The translations under genes were made by a program, and so were the position numbers. The notes under the pieces are model-generated. The model did no database searches. It saw only the letters and a program-made list of their open reading frames with translations, and was not told where the DNA came from. 45,454 bases of DNA from IMG/VR virus record IMGVR_UViG_3300017761_001092, positions 1 to 45,454 of that record. One strand, written 5' to 3'. Origin of the DNA: a virus (taxonomy: Duplodnaviria; Caudoviricetes). Shown here in pieces: positions 30,115 through 39,001 of this stretch. Each line of letters opens with the position of its first letter. Within the stretch, counting starts at the first letter, position 1.

Positions 30115-30280
30115 GTGCAAGTTGTAAGACTTGTTTAAAAATCTTACATGGATCGCTGATTCCTTAACATCAGTAAACAAACCGAGCTTATAAATCCGCA
30201 AGGTCTTTGATGTGGCTCGCCAAGGAAAAAAATGAACAGAACTATAGTTGGCAACTTAAACGCTTTTGTAGTTCATAAAC
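30115..30280 (+). ncRNA. candidate structured RNA leader upstream of the major capsid gene
   Basis: Four hairpins, a GCAA tetraloop and a 7-bp potential pseudoknot in the largest intergenic gap of the window. Confidence 0.45.
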
Positions 30281-30305
30281 GAAATCAAATTTAGAAATAT
30301 AAATT

Positions 30306-31496
30306 ATGTCACAATATAATCTCGCTGATGTTAACAATCAGCTCCAACAAGAAGCCGGACGTATCGGTGAAATGATCTCCGCTAAACTCATCGCAACTGA
30401 CCCTTGGAATCGTCTCGTCAAACAAGACACTTTCCCTGCCGGAATGGGCGAATCCATCCAGACCCTCATCCAAGAGCGTACAACCGTTCCTAACGCATCC
30501 TCTACTGCGTGGGAAGACGTTGGCACTAACGATGGAACTGGCAACACTTGTAACCCAACTCCACAAGTTGTTGAGTTTGCACGTACCCTTAAGAGCTACA
30601 ACCTCCAACAGTCGGCCATCCGTTCCCCAGGTTTCTGCGTGAACGATCTTCGTACTGCATGGAAAGCTGAAGAGCAGCTCGCGGGTGAAGTCAAGGTTCT
30701 CAAAGAGAACAGCCAATGGTTCTGGAGCAACCGCTATCGTGATGAGTTCTCTCGTCTCGCTGGCAACAAGGTTGTCACTGACGTGAACGACACTTTGGCT
30801 ATGTCCGCAAGTGGAACTAACGAAGCCTTCCCAGCGGCGGCTCCTGCCTACGCTCTCGACCAAGGTATCCTTGATCAGTTCTATCTCGATCTCTCCCGCG
30901 ATGCGGCTGAAAGTCATTATGCAATGGTTGACGGTGAGCCACAATACGGCCTCATCTGCTCGCCAGAAACAAGCAACTACCTGAAGAAACAGAATGCCGA
31001 TATCCGTCAGGATCTCCGCTTCTCCTCACAGGTTGACGAGCTTATCAAGCCATTCGGCGCTGCATTCAGCTACAGCGGATACGTCCACTTGGTTGATCGT
31101 CAGGCTCCTCGCTACAACTTCGTTGGTGGTGAGTTTGTCCGTGTGCCATTCTTCACGACTGCCCCAGCAAATGGTTATGGACACAAGGCTGTTGTGAACC
31201 CAGCATACCGCTCCGCTTCTTATGAAGTGAGCTTCATCTACAACCCACACGTCTATACTTCACGTGTTGCTCAAGTGATCACAAGCCCAGGTTCCGGCCT
31301 GAAGTTTGATCCTGTCAACTATCGTGGTGAGTTCATGTGGATCAACAACAAAGATAACGCTAACAACATCCTTGGTGTTAACGGTTACTTCTACGCTCTG
31401 TTCATGCAGGGTTCACAGCCAAAGCGCACTGAGTGGGGTTATGCTATCATGCATCTCCGTTGCTCACCAGCTACGCTGTATCAATCCTGCTCGTAA
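30306..31496 (+). CDS. major capsid protein
   Basis: 396 aa downstream of portal and scaffold; strongly C-ending/GCT codon bias; followed by a terminator-like hairpin. Confidence 0.85.
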   Translation: MSQYNLADVNNQLQQEAGRIGEMISAKLIATDPWNRLVKQDTFPAGMGESIQTLIQERTTVPNASSTAWEDVGTNDGTGNTCNPTPQVVEFARTLKSYNLQQSAIRSPGFCVNDLRTAWKAEEQLAGEVKVLKENSQWFWSNRYRDEFSRLAGNKVVTDVNDTLAMSASGTNEAFPAAAPAYALDQGILDQFYLDLSRDAAESHYAMVDGEPQYGLICSPETSNYLKKQNADIRQDLRFSSQVDELIKPFGAAFSYSGYVHLVDRQAPRYNFVGGEFVRVPFFTTAPANGYGHKAVVNPAYRSASYEVSFIYNPHVYTSRVAQVITSPGSGLKFDPVNYRGEFMWINNKDNANNILGVNGYFYALFMQGSQPKRTEWGYAIMHLRCSPATLYQSCS

Positions 31497-31509
31497 GAGC
31501 TAACGGATC

Positions 31510-31552
31510 TAGTGTGGGGAGGTTCTAACCCTCTCCACACTAATCTATTTTT
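31510..31552 (+). terminator. terminator-like hairpin after the capsid gene
   Basis: TAGTGTGGGGAGG/CCTCTCCACACTA stem followed by a T-rich tail. Confidence 0.75.
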
Positions 31553-31575
31553 GTAATTTAAAGAAAGATCACTAT

Positions 31576-31902
31576 ATGGACAGCAATAAAAAAGGCGGTA
31601 TGGCAGTAATAATTGGTATGGGTGGTAAGGGAATGGAAGGCGGTTATGAGAAGGTTGAATTCATGGCCCCAGAGGGAATGGACGTTTCGGAAATGAAAGA
31701 AGGCGACGAGAAAGAAATCCTTGCTATGATTCGCTATGATGGCGAAGGAAAATTTACATTGGTATCTGTTGATGGCTACCCATTGGGTGAGTCAGAAGAA
31801 GAGATGCCGGAAGGATATGAAGAGGGCGAAGAGATGGAAGACGAGATGGAGTCTGAAGAGTCATATCCACAAAAACTTAAATCCCGCGCAGGATTGGCAT
31901 AA
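31576..31902 (+). CDS. acidic hypothetical protein
   Basis: 108-aa ORF rich in E/M/G. Confidence 0.65.
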   Translation: MDSNKKGGMAVIIGMGGKGMEGGYEKVEFMAPEGMDVSEMKEGDEKEILAMIRYDGEGKFTLVSVDGYPLGESEEEMPEGYEEGEEMEDEMESEESYPQKLKSRAGLA

Positions 31903-31904
31903 TC

Positions 31905-32057
31905 ATGGCGCAAGCTCCAGAACACGGAGATTCGGAACACAATCTCTTGCTGAAGATAGCTGAGAATTTTGGCGTTGTTGTTAACAATAACGATTCAAGA
32001 TTAGTTTTACTTTACAAGATTGCTGAAAAGACATACGAATTAGCTAATCAACCTTAA
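31905..32057 (+). CDS. 50-aa protein made of two copies of the fibre N-terminal motif (not in ORF track)
   Basis: MAQAPEHGDSEHNLLLKIAENF...DSRLVLLYKIAEKTY; matches the N-terminus of the 32074 protein. Confidence 0.7.
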   Translation: MAQAPEHGDSEHNLLLKIAENFGVVVNNNDSRLVLLYKIAEKTYELANQP

Positions 32058-32073
32058 TTGTAATTTAAAATAT

Positions 32074-33885
32074 ATGGCTCAACAACCACAACACGGAGAC
32101 GGAAATTTAAACCTGTTATATAAGATAGCAAGTAACACGTATGATATTTCCCAAAATGGAGGTTCACCAGGCGGTCTTGGCACGATGTCAACGCAAGACG
32201 CAGATAATGTAGACATTACTGGTGGAGCTATATCTGGAGTAACAATTAATGCTGAAAGCCTTGAAGTTGGTAATGCTGTAACGGCTGACCTATATGTTGG
32301 CCCAGATGGGAATGTTGGAATAGGAACAGAGACAACAACAGAAAAGCTAACCATTGATGGGAACATTGATATATTAAATGGGCAGATTAAAAATCTAGGA
32401 GTTCCATTAGACGATACAGACGCAGCTACAAAACTATATGTTGATACAGCAGTTGTTGGTTCCGTTGGGGCAACTGGGCCGTTGCCTTGGAACTTTATTG
32501 GCGTTTATGACAATGGCGCTAATTACAATTTAAACGATGCCGTAACTTATGCGGGCGGGTATTACTATAGGACTGGAAATCCGCTTAATCCTGGTTATCC
32601 TCCGACTCCTGGCGCAATCAATGCATCGTGGACTCCCGTTGCGGATGGCGGGGCTACAGGGCTTACTGGGGCTACTGGCCCAGCTACTGGCGTTGCTGGT
32701 GGTGACTTGTCTGGGAATTATCCAGACCCAACAGTAGTTAAACTTCAAGGAAACGATGTATCAAATGCCGCTCCAGCAAACGGTCAAGTATTGCAGTGGA
32801 ATGGAACCGCATGGGTTCCTGGCGCTATTCCCTCTGTATCTGGAAGTGGTGTGGTTAAAGTTGTTAATGGAGTATTCCAATCTCCAGCAAGCACAATAGT
32901 TAATGCTGATGTTTCATCCAGTGCAGCGATTGTTGTTAGCAAACTTTCTCAAGCAACATCCAAGATTCTTGGCAGGACAACCGCCGGAACTGGCGCAGTT
33001 GAGGAACTAAGCGTTGCAGGAAATCTTACTCTTTCAAGCGGAACAATTACTTCAATAGCTACTGACGTTCAAATTTTTACATCATCTGGAACATGGACAA
33101 AACCAGTTGGAGCAAAGACAATTAATGTTCAACTTTTCGGAGCTGGTGGTGGTGGTGGTGGTGGTAGAAAAACAAATAACTCGCCAGAAGCAAAACCGGG
33201 TGGAGCTGGTGGTGGTGGTGGAGGATATTTAAATATTACAATACCAGAAAGCGCATTGGCATCAACTGAATCTGTTACTATTGGAGCTGGAGGGACTGCT
33301 GGAACTGGAGTTACTGCAACAATTGGAAGCGGTGGGGCTGGGGGAACTGGAGGTAACACAGCATTTAATTCTTTAATTTGTGCTGGTGGAAACGGAGGAG
33401 GAGGGGGCGGGAGTACAACTGCCGCAAGTGGTGGATTGGGTGTTTTAAACTCAAACTCTGGAGCTGGATCAAGCCTTACAACTAATGGTGGAACTGGAGT
33501 TCCTTCATCTTCGTCTTCTGTAACACAATATGGTGGCGCTGGTGGTGGTGCTGGTGGAACAATAAATGTTGTTGGTACTGCATTTGCTGGTGGATCGGGT
33601 GGTAGATCAAATGTTCTAAACTTTGCAGGAGGGGCTGGAGGCGCAAACACAGGAGCGGCTGGTGGTGACGGAACATCTAATTCTTCCGCTGCTACAGGTC
33701 TTTTTGCAGTTGGCTCTGGTGGTGGTGGTGGCGGTGCAGGAACTGTCGTTTCTGGTGGAGCAGGAGGAGCTGGTGGATTCCCATCAGGCGGCGGCGGTGG
33801 TGGCGGCCCAACTGATTCTGGAGCAACATCTGGAGCTGGTGGAGTTGGTGGAAATGGAATTGCAATAATCACAACTTATTTTTAA
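32074..33885 (+). CDS. tail fibre protein with glycine-rich C-terminal domain
   Basis: GNVGIGT, DAATKLYVD, AGGDLSGNYPDP and NGQVLQWNGTAW modules; 'FTSSGTWTKP...GAGGGG' Gly-rich domain. Confidence 0.8.
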   Translation: MAQQPQHGDGNLNLLYKIASNTYDISQNGGSPGGLGTMSTQDADNVDITGGAISGVTINAESLEVGNAVTADLYVGPDGNVGIGTETTTEKLTIDGNIDILNGQIKNLGVPLDDTDAATKLYVDTAVVGSVGATGPLPWNFIGVYDNGANYNLNDAVTYAGGYYYRTGNPLNPGYPPTPGAINASWTPVADGGATGLTGATGPATGVAGGDLSGNYPDPTVVKLQGNDVSNAAPANGQVLQWNGTAWVPGAIPSVSGSGVVKVVNGVFQSPASTIVNADVSSSAAIVVSKLSQATSKILGRTTAGTGAVEELSVAGNLTLSSGTITSIATDVQIFTSSGTWTKPVGAKTINVQLFGAGGGGGGGRKTNNSPEAKPGGAGGGGGGYLNITIPESALASTESVTIGAGGTAGTGVTATIGSGGAGGTGGNTAFNSLICAGGNGGGGGGSTTAASGGLGVLNSNSGAGSSLTTNGGTGVPSSSSSVTQYGGAGGGAGGTINVVGTAFAGGSGGRSNVLNFAGGAGGANTGAAGGDGTSNSSAATGLFAVGSGGGGGGAGTVVSGGAGGAGGFPSGGGGGGGPTDSGATSGAGGVGGNGIAIITTYF

Positions 33886-33886
33886 T

Positions 33887-34099
33887 ATGATCAAACGATA
33901 TGTTATCTTAAACAAAGAGGGTGGATGGTTGGAAAATACTATTCTTTGGGATGGTAATTCATTAACTTGGAATCCTACTCAAGATGTTATTGTTAAATTA
34001 GAAAGTGAAGTTAATTTTTCAACACTTCCAATAAATCCAGAAATTTTAAATGACCCAGTCGAAATTTTCGTTGACATTGAAGAGGCTGGACAGTATTAA
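33887..34099 (+). CDS. small protein accompanying the Gly-rich fibre (chaperone-like)
   Basis: 'ENTILWDG...WNP'; directly follows the fibre gene. Confidence 0.55.
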   Translation: MIKRYVILNKEGGWLENTILWDGNSLTWNPTQDVIVKLESEVNFSTLPINPEILNDPVEIFVDIEEAGQY

Positions 34100-34129
34100 A
34101 GATTTTGCCGCTGAAAGTCTCAGTGGCAA
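34071..34129 (+). promoter_or_regulatory. promoter TTGACA-N17-TATTAA with a 5' leader hairpin
   Basis: Consensus -35 at 34071; -10 at 34094; stem TTGCCGCTGA/TCAGTGGCAA at 34105-34129. Confidence 0.6.
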
Positions 34130-34171
34130 TGCAGAGAGAAACCAAAACAAACCAAACAGAATAAAATAATT

Positions 34172-35965
34172 ATGCCTAATAACGACATCAATCGCACACG
34201 TTTCAGCAACCGCCATCGTCTTCTGGGTGACCCAGCAGGACAGGGCGCACCGACATCAGCTCTCACAGCAGAGTTGGCACACAACGAAAATGACCAAATC
34301 CTCTATATCGGTACTGGCAATGACGGAGCTGGTAATGCTACCGCCATCGTACCTATTGCCGGTGAAGGTCACTTCTCGACCCGTACTTATGCCGAGTCCT
34401 TGACTGGCGGAGTTCAATCTTCCCTCGATGCAGAAGTTACTGCACGTCAAACAGCAATCAGCGATCTCACAAACCGTGTTGACGCTATTGTTTCCAATAC
34501 TGATGCCGCCGCTCTTGATTCCCTCTCGGAAATCGTTGACGCTTTTCAGTCCGCTGATGGCGATCTGAATGGTGCTATCACTGCCCTCGGTACTGCTTCT
34601 ACTTCTGCCATTGGTGCAGAGCGCACCCGCGCTGAAGCCGCTGAAGGTGAACTCGCTTCGGATATCTCTGCTGAAGAGGCCGCACGTATTGCCACTGACA
34701 ACATCCTTACTGGCGATGTTAGCACCCTTGTAAGCCGCGCCAACACTAACGACACTCGTAGCACCTCGATTGAGACTGCCGCCGGTATCGTGGAAGGCCG
34801 TGTTAGTGAAGCTGAGACAGACATTATCGCAATTGAGAATGCTGCTACTACCTTGACTGGTCGTGTTAGCGATCTCGAAGCTGATCTTGCTAGTGAAGTT
34901 AGCCGCGCTGAAGATGCGGAGGAAGCACTTGCGAGCGATCTTGCTGACGAGATCACCCGCGCCCAAGCCGCTGAAGCCGACCTAGCCAGCGACCTCGCTG
35001 ATGCAGTGTCCTCGCTTGAGTCTGATATCAGCTCCGAGCAATCCCGCGCTGAGTCCGCTGAGTCCGCTCTTGCTGACGACATCGCTAGCGAAACTTCGGC
35101 TCGTGAAGCTGCTGTTTCTGCTGAAGTTACAGCACGTCAAGCCGCTATTTCTGCCGAGCAAACAGCTCGCGCTGCTGCCATCTCTGCTGAGACGACTGCT
35201 CGTGAGTCCGCTATCTCTGCTGTTAACAGCCGTGTTGACTCGGTTCTTTCAAACATCGACCCAGCCGCCCTTGATTCGTTGACGGAGGTTGTCAATGCCT
35301 TTCAGTCGGCTGACGGTTCCCTCACGGACACGATCACAAATCTGACTGCTAGCTCCGCTGCTGCTGTTCTCGCTGAAGAGACACGCGCCCTTGCTGCTGA
35401 GTCCGCTCTCCAGACCGCAATCAACAACGAAGTTACTGCTCGCCAAACTGCGATCAGCGACCTCGCCTCTGAGATTGCTAGTGATATTGCAGACGAAGTT
35501 TCCGCACGTGAAGCTGCCGTGTCTGCGCTCCAGACTGCGCTTGATAACGAAGTAGACCGCGCTGAAGCAGCGGAAGCCCAATTGGCAAGTGATCTTGCTG
35601 ATGAGGTCTCTAACCGCACAAGTGACGTTCAAAGCGTTCGTGACGTAACTGACGACCATGAAGGCCGTCTTAGTTCGGCTGAAGGCACGATTGCTGGTCT
35701 TGGCACAATGTCAACCCAGAACTCGAACAACGTAAACATCACTGGTGGTTCCATCAGCGGTGTTAGCCTCCAAGCTTCCAGCATGGAGATCAGCGGTGCA
35801 GGTTCTACTGCCCTCTTCGTTGGTTCTACCGGAACTGTTGGTATCGGAACTGAGACTCCATCCACTGCGCTCGACGTTGTTGGTTCGGTGACTGTTTCGC
35901 AAAACATCGTTGGTTCGGGAACTAGCACCCTCACTGGGTTCATCCTCGGTGGTGGCACGTTCTAA
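34172..35965 (+). CDS. long coiled-coil fibre protein with Mtd N-terminal-like anchor
   Basis: AELAHNENDQILYIGTG; Ala/Glu 'E..RA..AE' repeats; duplicated ALDSL.E.V.AF motif; C-terminal GGTF. Confidence 0.75.
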   Translation: MPNNDINRTRFSNRHRLLGDPAGQGAPTSALTAELAHNENDQILYIGTGNDGAGNATAIVPIAGEGHFSTRTYAESLTGGVQSSLDAEVTARQTAISDLTNRVDAIVSNTDAAALDSLSEIVDAFQSADGDLNGAITALGTASTSAIGAERTRAEAAEGELASDISAEEAARIATDNILTGDVSTLVSRANTNDTRSTSIETAAGIVEGRVSEAETDIIAIENAATTLTGRVSDLEADLASEVSRAEDAEEALASDLADEITRAQAAEADLASDLADAVSSLESDISSEQSRAESAESALADDIASETSAREAAVSAEVTARQAAISAEQTARAAAISAETTARESAISAVNSRVDSVLSNIDPAALDSLTEVVNAFQSADGSLTDTITNLTASSAAAVLAEETRALAAESALQTAINNEVTARQTAISDLASEIASDIADEVSAREAAVSALQTALDNEVDRAEAAEAQLASDLADEVSNRTSDVQSVRDVTDDHEGRLSSAEGTIAGLGTMSTQNSNNVNITGGSISGVSLQASSMEISGAGSTALFVGSTGTVGIGTETPSTALDVVGSVTVSQNIVGSGTSTLTGFILGGGTF

Positions 35966-35986
35966 TCTGAACTACTAAAAATCAAT

Positions 35987-36025
35987 CCCCCTGTCATTGC
36001 ATATGCGGTGGCAGGGGGTTATTTT
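35987..36025 (+). terminator. Rho-independent terminator
   Basis: CCCCCTGTCATTGCA/TGCGGTGGCAGGGGG stem followed by TTATTTT. Confidence 0.8.
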
Positions 36026-36049
36026 AACAACCTTTTTTAAAAATATATT

Positions 36050-37405
36050 ATGGCACTTACAGACAATCTTCAGGCTTTTTATAAACTCTCCGACCTTTCT
36101 GACTCCTCCGGCAACAACCGCACCCTTACCAACAACGGCAATGTCTCTTTTGCTGCTGGTAAGCTTGGCAATGCTGGCGTGTTTGATGGTAGTAATTATT
36201 TATCAAGCACCGGAAACGCTGTTTTGGGAACAAGTGATTTTTCAGTATCTGGATGGGTAAACGCTACCAATCTTGATGGCTCTCAAAAAATGTATTATGT
36301 TGGAGGATCAAATGGATTTACCATTTCGTTAATGGATGGAATTTTGCATACAGCAAATGCGAATGTTGCTGATTTGCATGATTTCAATTCTTCTGATATT
36401 ACAAATAACTCTTGGTTCCATATGGTTGTAAAACGTAGCGGTCCTACTTTTACGGCATATGTAAACGGTCAATCCATCGGAACACAAGATTCTGGAGACA
36501 CCATTGAATTCACTGGAGACTCACAGTTCATCGGAGCTTACATTGACGGCGGATATAATATTGAAGGAAAAATCGACGCAGTTGGCATCTGGAACAGAGC
36601 ACTCTCTAACGCAGAAGTCGCCGAACTCTACAACAATGGAACCGGATTGGAATTAGAAGTCCAAGCACCAGTCGTTGATTTGGAAGACGGTCTTCAAGCA
36701 TTCTACAAACTCTCAGATACTTCTGACTCATCTGGAAACAACAGAACACTAACCAATAATGGTAATGTTTCTTTTGCTCCTGGTAAGATTGGAAATGCTG
36801 CGGTTTTTGATGGAAGTAATTTCTTGCAATCAAATGTCCAACAACCATCAACAGCCATGACTGTTTCAGTTTGGGCGAAGCTTAACAACACAAACGGGCC
36901 AAGATTTTTAATTGACTCAGTGACGGGAAATAATTGGAGTGGAGGCGGATTTGGTATAACTACAGATAACGGTTCCGTAAACTCTTATGTTTTCCATGGA
37001 GGCGAAGGCGGAGAAGGGGTTGCGTTATTTACTGGTTCAGTAGATTTAACACTATCTACGGACGTGTGGTATCATATAGTAGGCACACACGACACAAGCA
37101 CTGGATTGGGTAAATTATACATCAATGGGTCCTTGAACAATTCTGTTCAGCATAACAGAAATGATCCGTTCGGTGGCGATAGAACAAACCCTGTTGCTTT
37201 TGGCTCAAACGCTGACGGAACATATGGATTGATAGACGGTCAAATCGACGCAGTTGGAATCTGGAACCGCGCATTGAGTGACGCAGAAGTAGCTGAACTC
37301 TATAACGGTGGTGCTGGTTTGGAACTCAATGGTGAACCACAACCAACACTTGTCAAATTGCAAGCTCCTGTTAAGTTCATGGGCAAAGTTAAATTTGGAG
37401 TCTAA
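36050..37405 (+). CDS. tandem two-LamG-domain protein (receptor-binding candidate)
   Basis: Two copies of LQAFYKLSD..DSSGNNRTLTN...IDAVGIWNRALS.AEVAELYN. Confidence 0.85.
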   Translation: MALTDNLQAFYKLSDLSDSSGNNRTLTNNGNVSFAAGKLGNAGVFDGSNYLSSTGNAVLGTSDFSVSGWVNATNLDGSQKMYYVGGSNGFTISLMDGILHTANANVADLHDFNSSDITNNSWFHMVVKRSGPTFTAYVNGQSIGTQDSGDTIEFTGDSQFIGAYIDGGYNIEGKIDAVGIWNRALSNAEVAELYNNGTGLELEVQAPVVDLEDGLQAFYKLSDTSDSSGNNRTLTNNGNVSFAPGKIGNAAVFDGSNFLQSNVQQPSTAMTVSVWAKLNNTNGPRFLIDSVTGNNWSGGGFGITTDNGSVNSYVFHGGEGGEGVALFTGSVDLTLSTDVWYHIVGTHDTSTGLGKLYINGSLNNSVQHNRNDPFGGDRTNPVAFGSNADGTYGLIDGQIDAVGIWNRALSDAEVAELYNGGAGLELNGEPQPTLVKLQAPVKFMGKVKFGV

Positions 37406-37410
37406 ATAAA

Positions 37411-37656
37411 ATGCCGTCTGTAACAGAAATCCCATCACGAATCCTCCCATTGCAAAGTTTAATCCCTGGTGCTAAACCATCAACAGCTCAGTGGATTGAA
37501 CGCGAGATAGCGATAAATGTTACAGACGGCAAAATTTTCGTTCGGATAGACGAAGACCCAGTTCTCGTTGCCGAGCGTATGCCGACACCACCAAGCGACC
37601 AAGGGACGTTTGTTCTAAAGGTTGTCAATGGTGTTTATACTTGGGTTGAAGAATGA
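37411..37656 (+). CDS. small fibre-related protein (Mtd N-terminal-like)
   Basis: PGAKPSTAQ...EIAINVTDGKIF; C-terminus resembles that of the 1795 protein. Confidence 0.6.
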   Translation: MPSVTEIPSRILPLQSLIPGAKPSTAQWIEREIAINVTDGKIFVRIDEDPVLVAERMPTPPSDQGTFVLKVVNGVYTWVEE

Positions 37657-38021
37657 AACGCTTAATCCCAATACTCCTAATTGCTCTTGCTGGATGCACA
37701 TCAAGTCCTCCAGTAAACCAACCGGAGTTTGTTGGGAAATATAAGAACGCTTGTTTGCCGGAGGCCATTGCCATGACGCAAGCATTAAAGCAAAGCGGTA
37801 TTCAAGCTAAGGTTCTTATTGTCAACACACCTAAATTCAGTCACGCATTGACGTGTTATCTTTATCCATCTGGAGAGAATAAACTTTGGGTTTGGGACTC
37901 ATACTGGATGAGCATGAACCTCAGAGCCTTTTGGTTTAGTTCTGATTCTGTCGCAAAAGAATGGTTGAAATGGTGTGCAACTGATACTAAGCTCGTAAGC
38001 TCAGAATTTTTAAACAATTAA
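37653..38021 (+). CDS. lipoprotein with possible Cys-His-Asp (transglutaminase/papain-like) triad
   Basis: Signal peptide with LAGC lipobox; NAC...SHAL...WVWD. Confidence 0.55.
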   Translation: MKRLIPILLIALAGCTSSPPVNQPEFVGKYKNACLPEAIAMTQALKQSGIQAKVLIVNTPKFSHALTCYLYPSGENKLWVWDSYWMSMNLRAFWFSSDSVAKEWLKWCATDTKLVSSEFLNN

Positions 38022-38037
38022 TAATATATGTAATACT

Positions 38038-38220
38038 ATGGATACTAACTCTTTTAACGCAGGAATCACAGGAATCATGGCAACGGCAACATCGGTAGGA
38101 ATCTCTTTACTTCCTGAGATTGAAGCGTGGCTTAGAGTTGGATCGCTTTGCATTGGTATTATAGTTGGCGTTGCGTCACTAGCGGTTATTTTTAAAAATT
38201 GGCACAAGAATAAAAATTGA
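38038..38220 (+). CDS. holin-like membrane protein
   Basis: 60 aa with two hydrophobic segments and a basic C-terminus; in the lysis cluster. Confidence 0.5.
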   Translation: MDTNSFNAGITGIMATATSVGISLLPEIEAWLRVGSLCIGIIVGVASLAVIFKNWHKNKN

Positions 38221-38250
38221 TATTCAATAACGCGTTGATATATTATTTAT

Positions 38251-38541
38251 ATGAAATCAATTCTTATTAAAACACTATCACTCTTAACTGGCGCATCTCA
38301 GTCTGTATTAGAGTTCATTATTCCTATTCTAAAAGACAGCACTGCTAGCGTCCTTAAACAAATCCTTCCGATTGCTATGGAAGTTGTTTTATCATTACGC
38401 GACTCATCTAAGACTGGCCCTCAAAAGCGCAGGGTAGCAGTTGCTGAAATTCAAAAGGTTGCACTTAATGAGGGGATAGAAGCATCGACAAGAGCAATCA
38501 ACCTTGCTATCGAGCTGGCCCTTTCTCGTATTGAGAAATGA
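38251..38541 (+). CDS. hypothetical protein (lysis cluster, holin-like)
   Basis: 'KTGPQKR..A...INLAIELAL' pattern; upstream TTGATA-N16-TATATT. Confidence 0.5.
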   Translation: MKSILIKTLSLLTGASQSVLEFIIPILKDSTASVLKQILPIAMEVVLSLRDSSKTGPQKRRVAVAEIQKVALNEGIEASTRAINLAIELALSRIEK

Positions 38542-38999
38542 ACGAAGAGAAACTATGGTGGAAAAGCCGGACGATTATTGGAATCGTCGTTATGTTGTTG
38601 GCTCAATTGCTGAAAAGTCTGAATGTTGACATAGTAAATGAAGAGTTAACGGACATAGTTACTATTTCTATGGAAGCTATCGGCGCAGGACTTGCCATTT
38701 ACGGGCGCGTAAAGGCTCGTAAAACGCTTCGCAGAACAATCCCTGGTGGTTCATTCAATCCAAACGCTCAAGTGCGTAAAGCGTCTCCTGTGAGGAATAA
38801 GATATTCGGTTTGTTTTTGATGATGATCGCTTGCTCGTATGGGCAGATGTATCCATCCAATGTTTGGTATGAGAACCCAATTTGCTTTACTAATCCAACA
38901 GATCACCGCCCGTTTGTTGTTAGGTTAATTGATAGCTTGAGGTGCAGCCTTATATTGATTCCGATCAAGGGGGAAATTAGGGGATACGCTGACTTCTAA
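38538..38999 (+). CDS. holin-like membrane protein
   Basis: K.WWKSRTIIG and AIYGRVKA motifs flanking two transmembrane segments. Confidence 0.6.
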   Translation: MNEEKLWWKSRTIIGIVVMLLAQLLKSLNVDIVNEELTDIVTISMEAIGAGLAIYGRVKARKTLRRTIPGGSFNPNAQVRKASPVRNKIFGLFLMMIACSYGQMYPSNVWYENPICFTNPTDHRPFVVRLIDSLRCSLILIPIKGEIRGYADF

Positions 39000-39001
39000 T
39001 T

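Noticed and set aside
30150-30180. Hammerhead ribozyme or tRNA in the capsid leader
   Set aside because: CTGAT is not followed by GA (no CUGAUGA core), and no cloverleaf or TTCGA arm is evident
30309-30944. 211-aa ORF antisense to the capsid gene
   Set aside because: Expected from strong codon bias; no recognisable protein features
33129-33872. 247-aa poly-Pro minus-strand ORF
   Set aside because: Antisense shadow of the Gly-rich fibre domain (GGT/GGA codons)
34256-35958. Several long minus-strand ORFs
   Set aside because: Explained by the biased codon usage of the Ala-rich coiled-coil gene; no motifs or expression signals
36050-37330. Possible DGR template/variable repeat pair
   Set aside because: Both copies are in-frame coding, differences are not adenine-specific, and no reverse transcriptase is seen in the window
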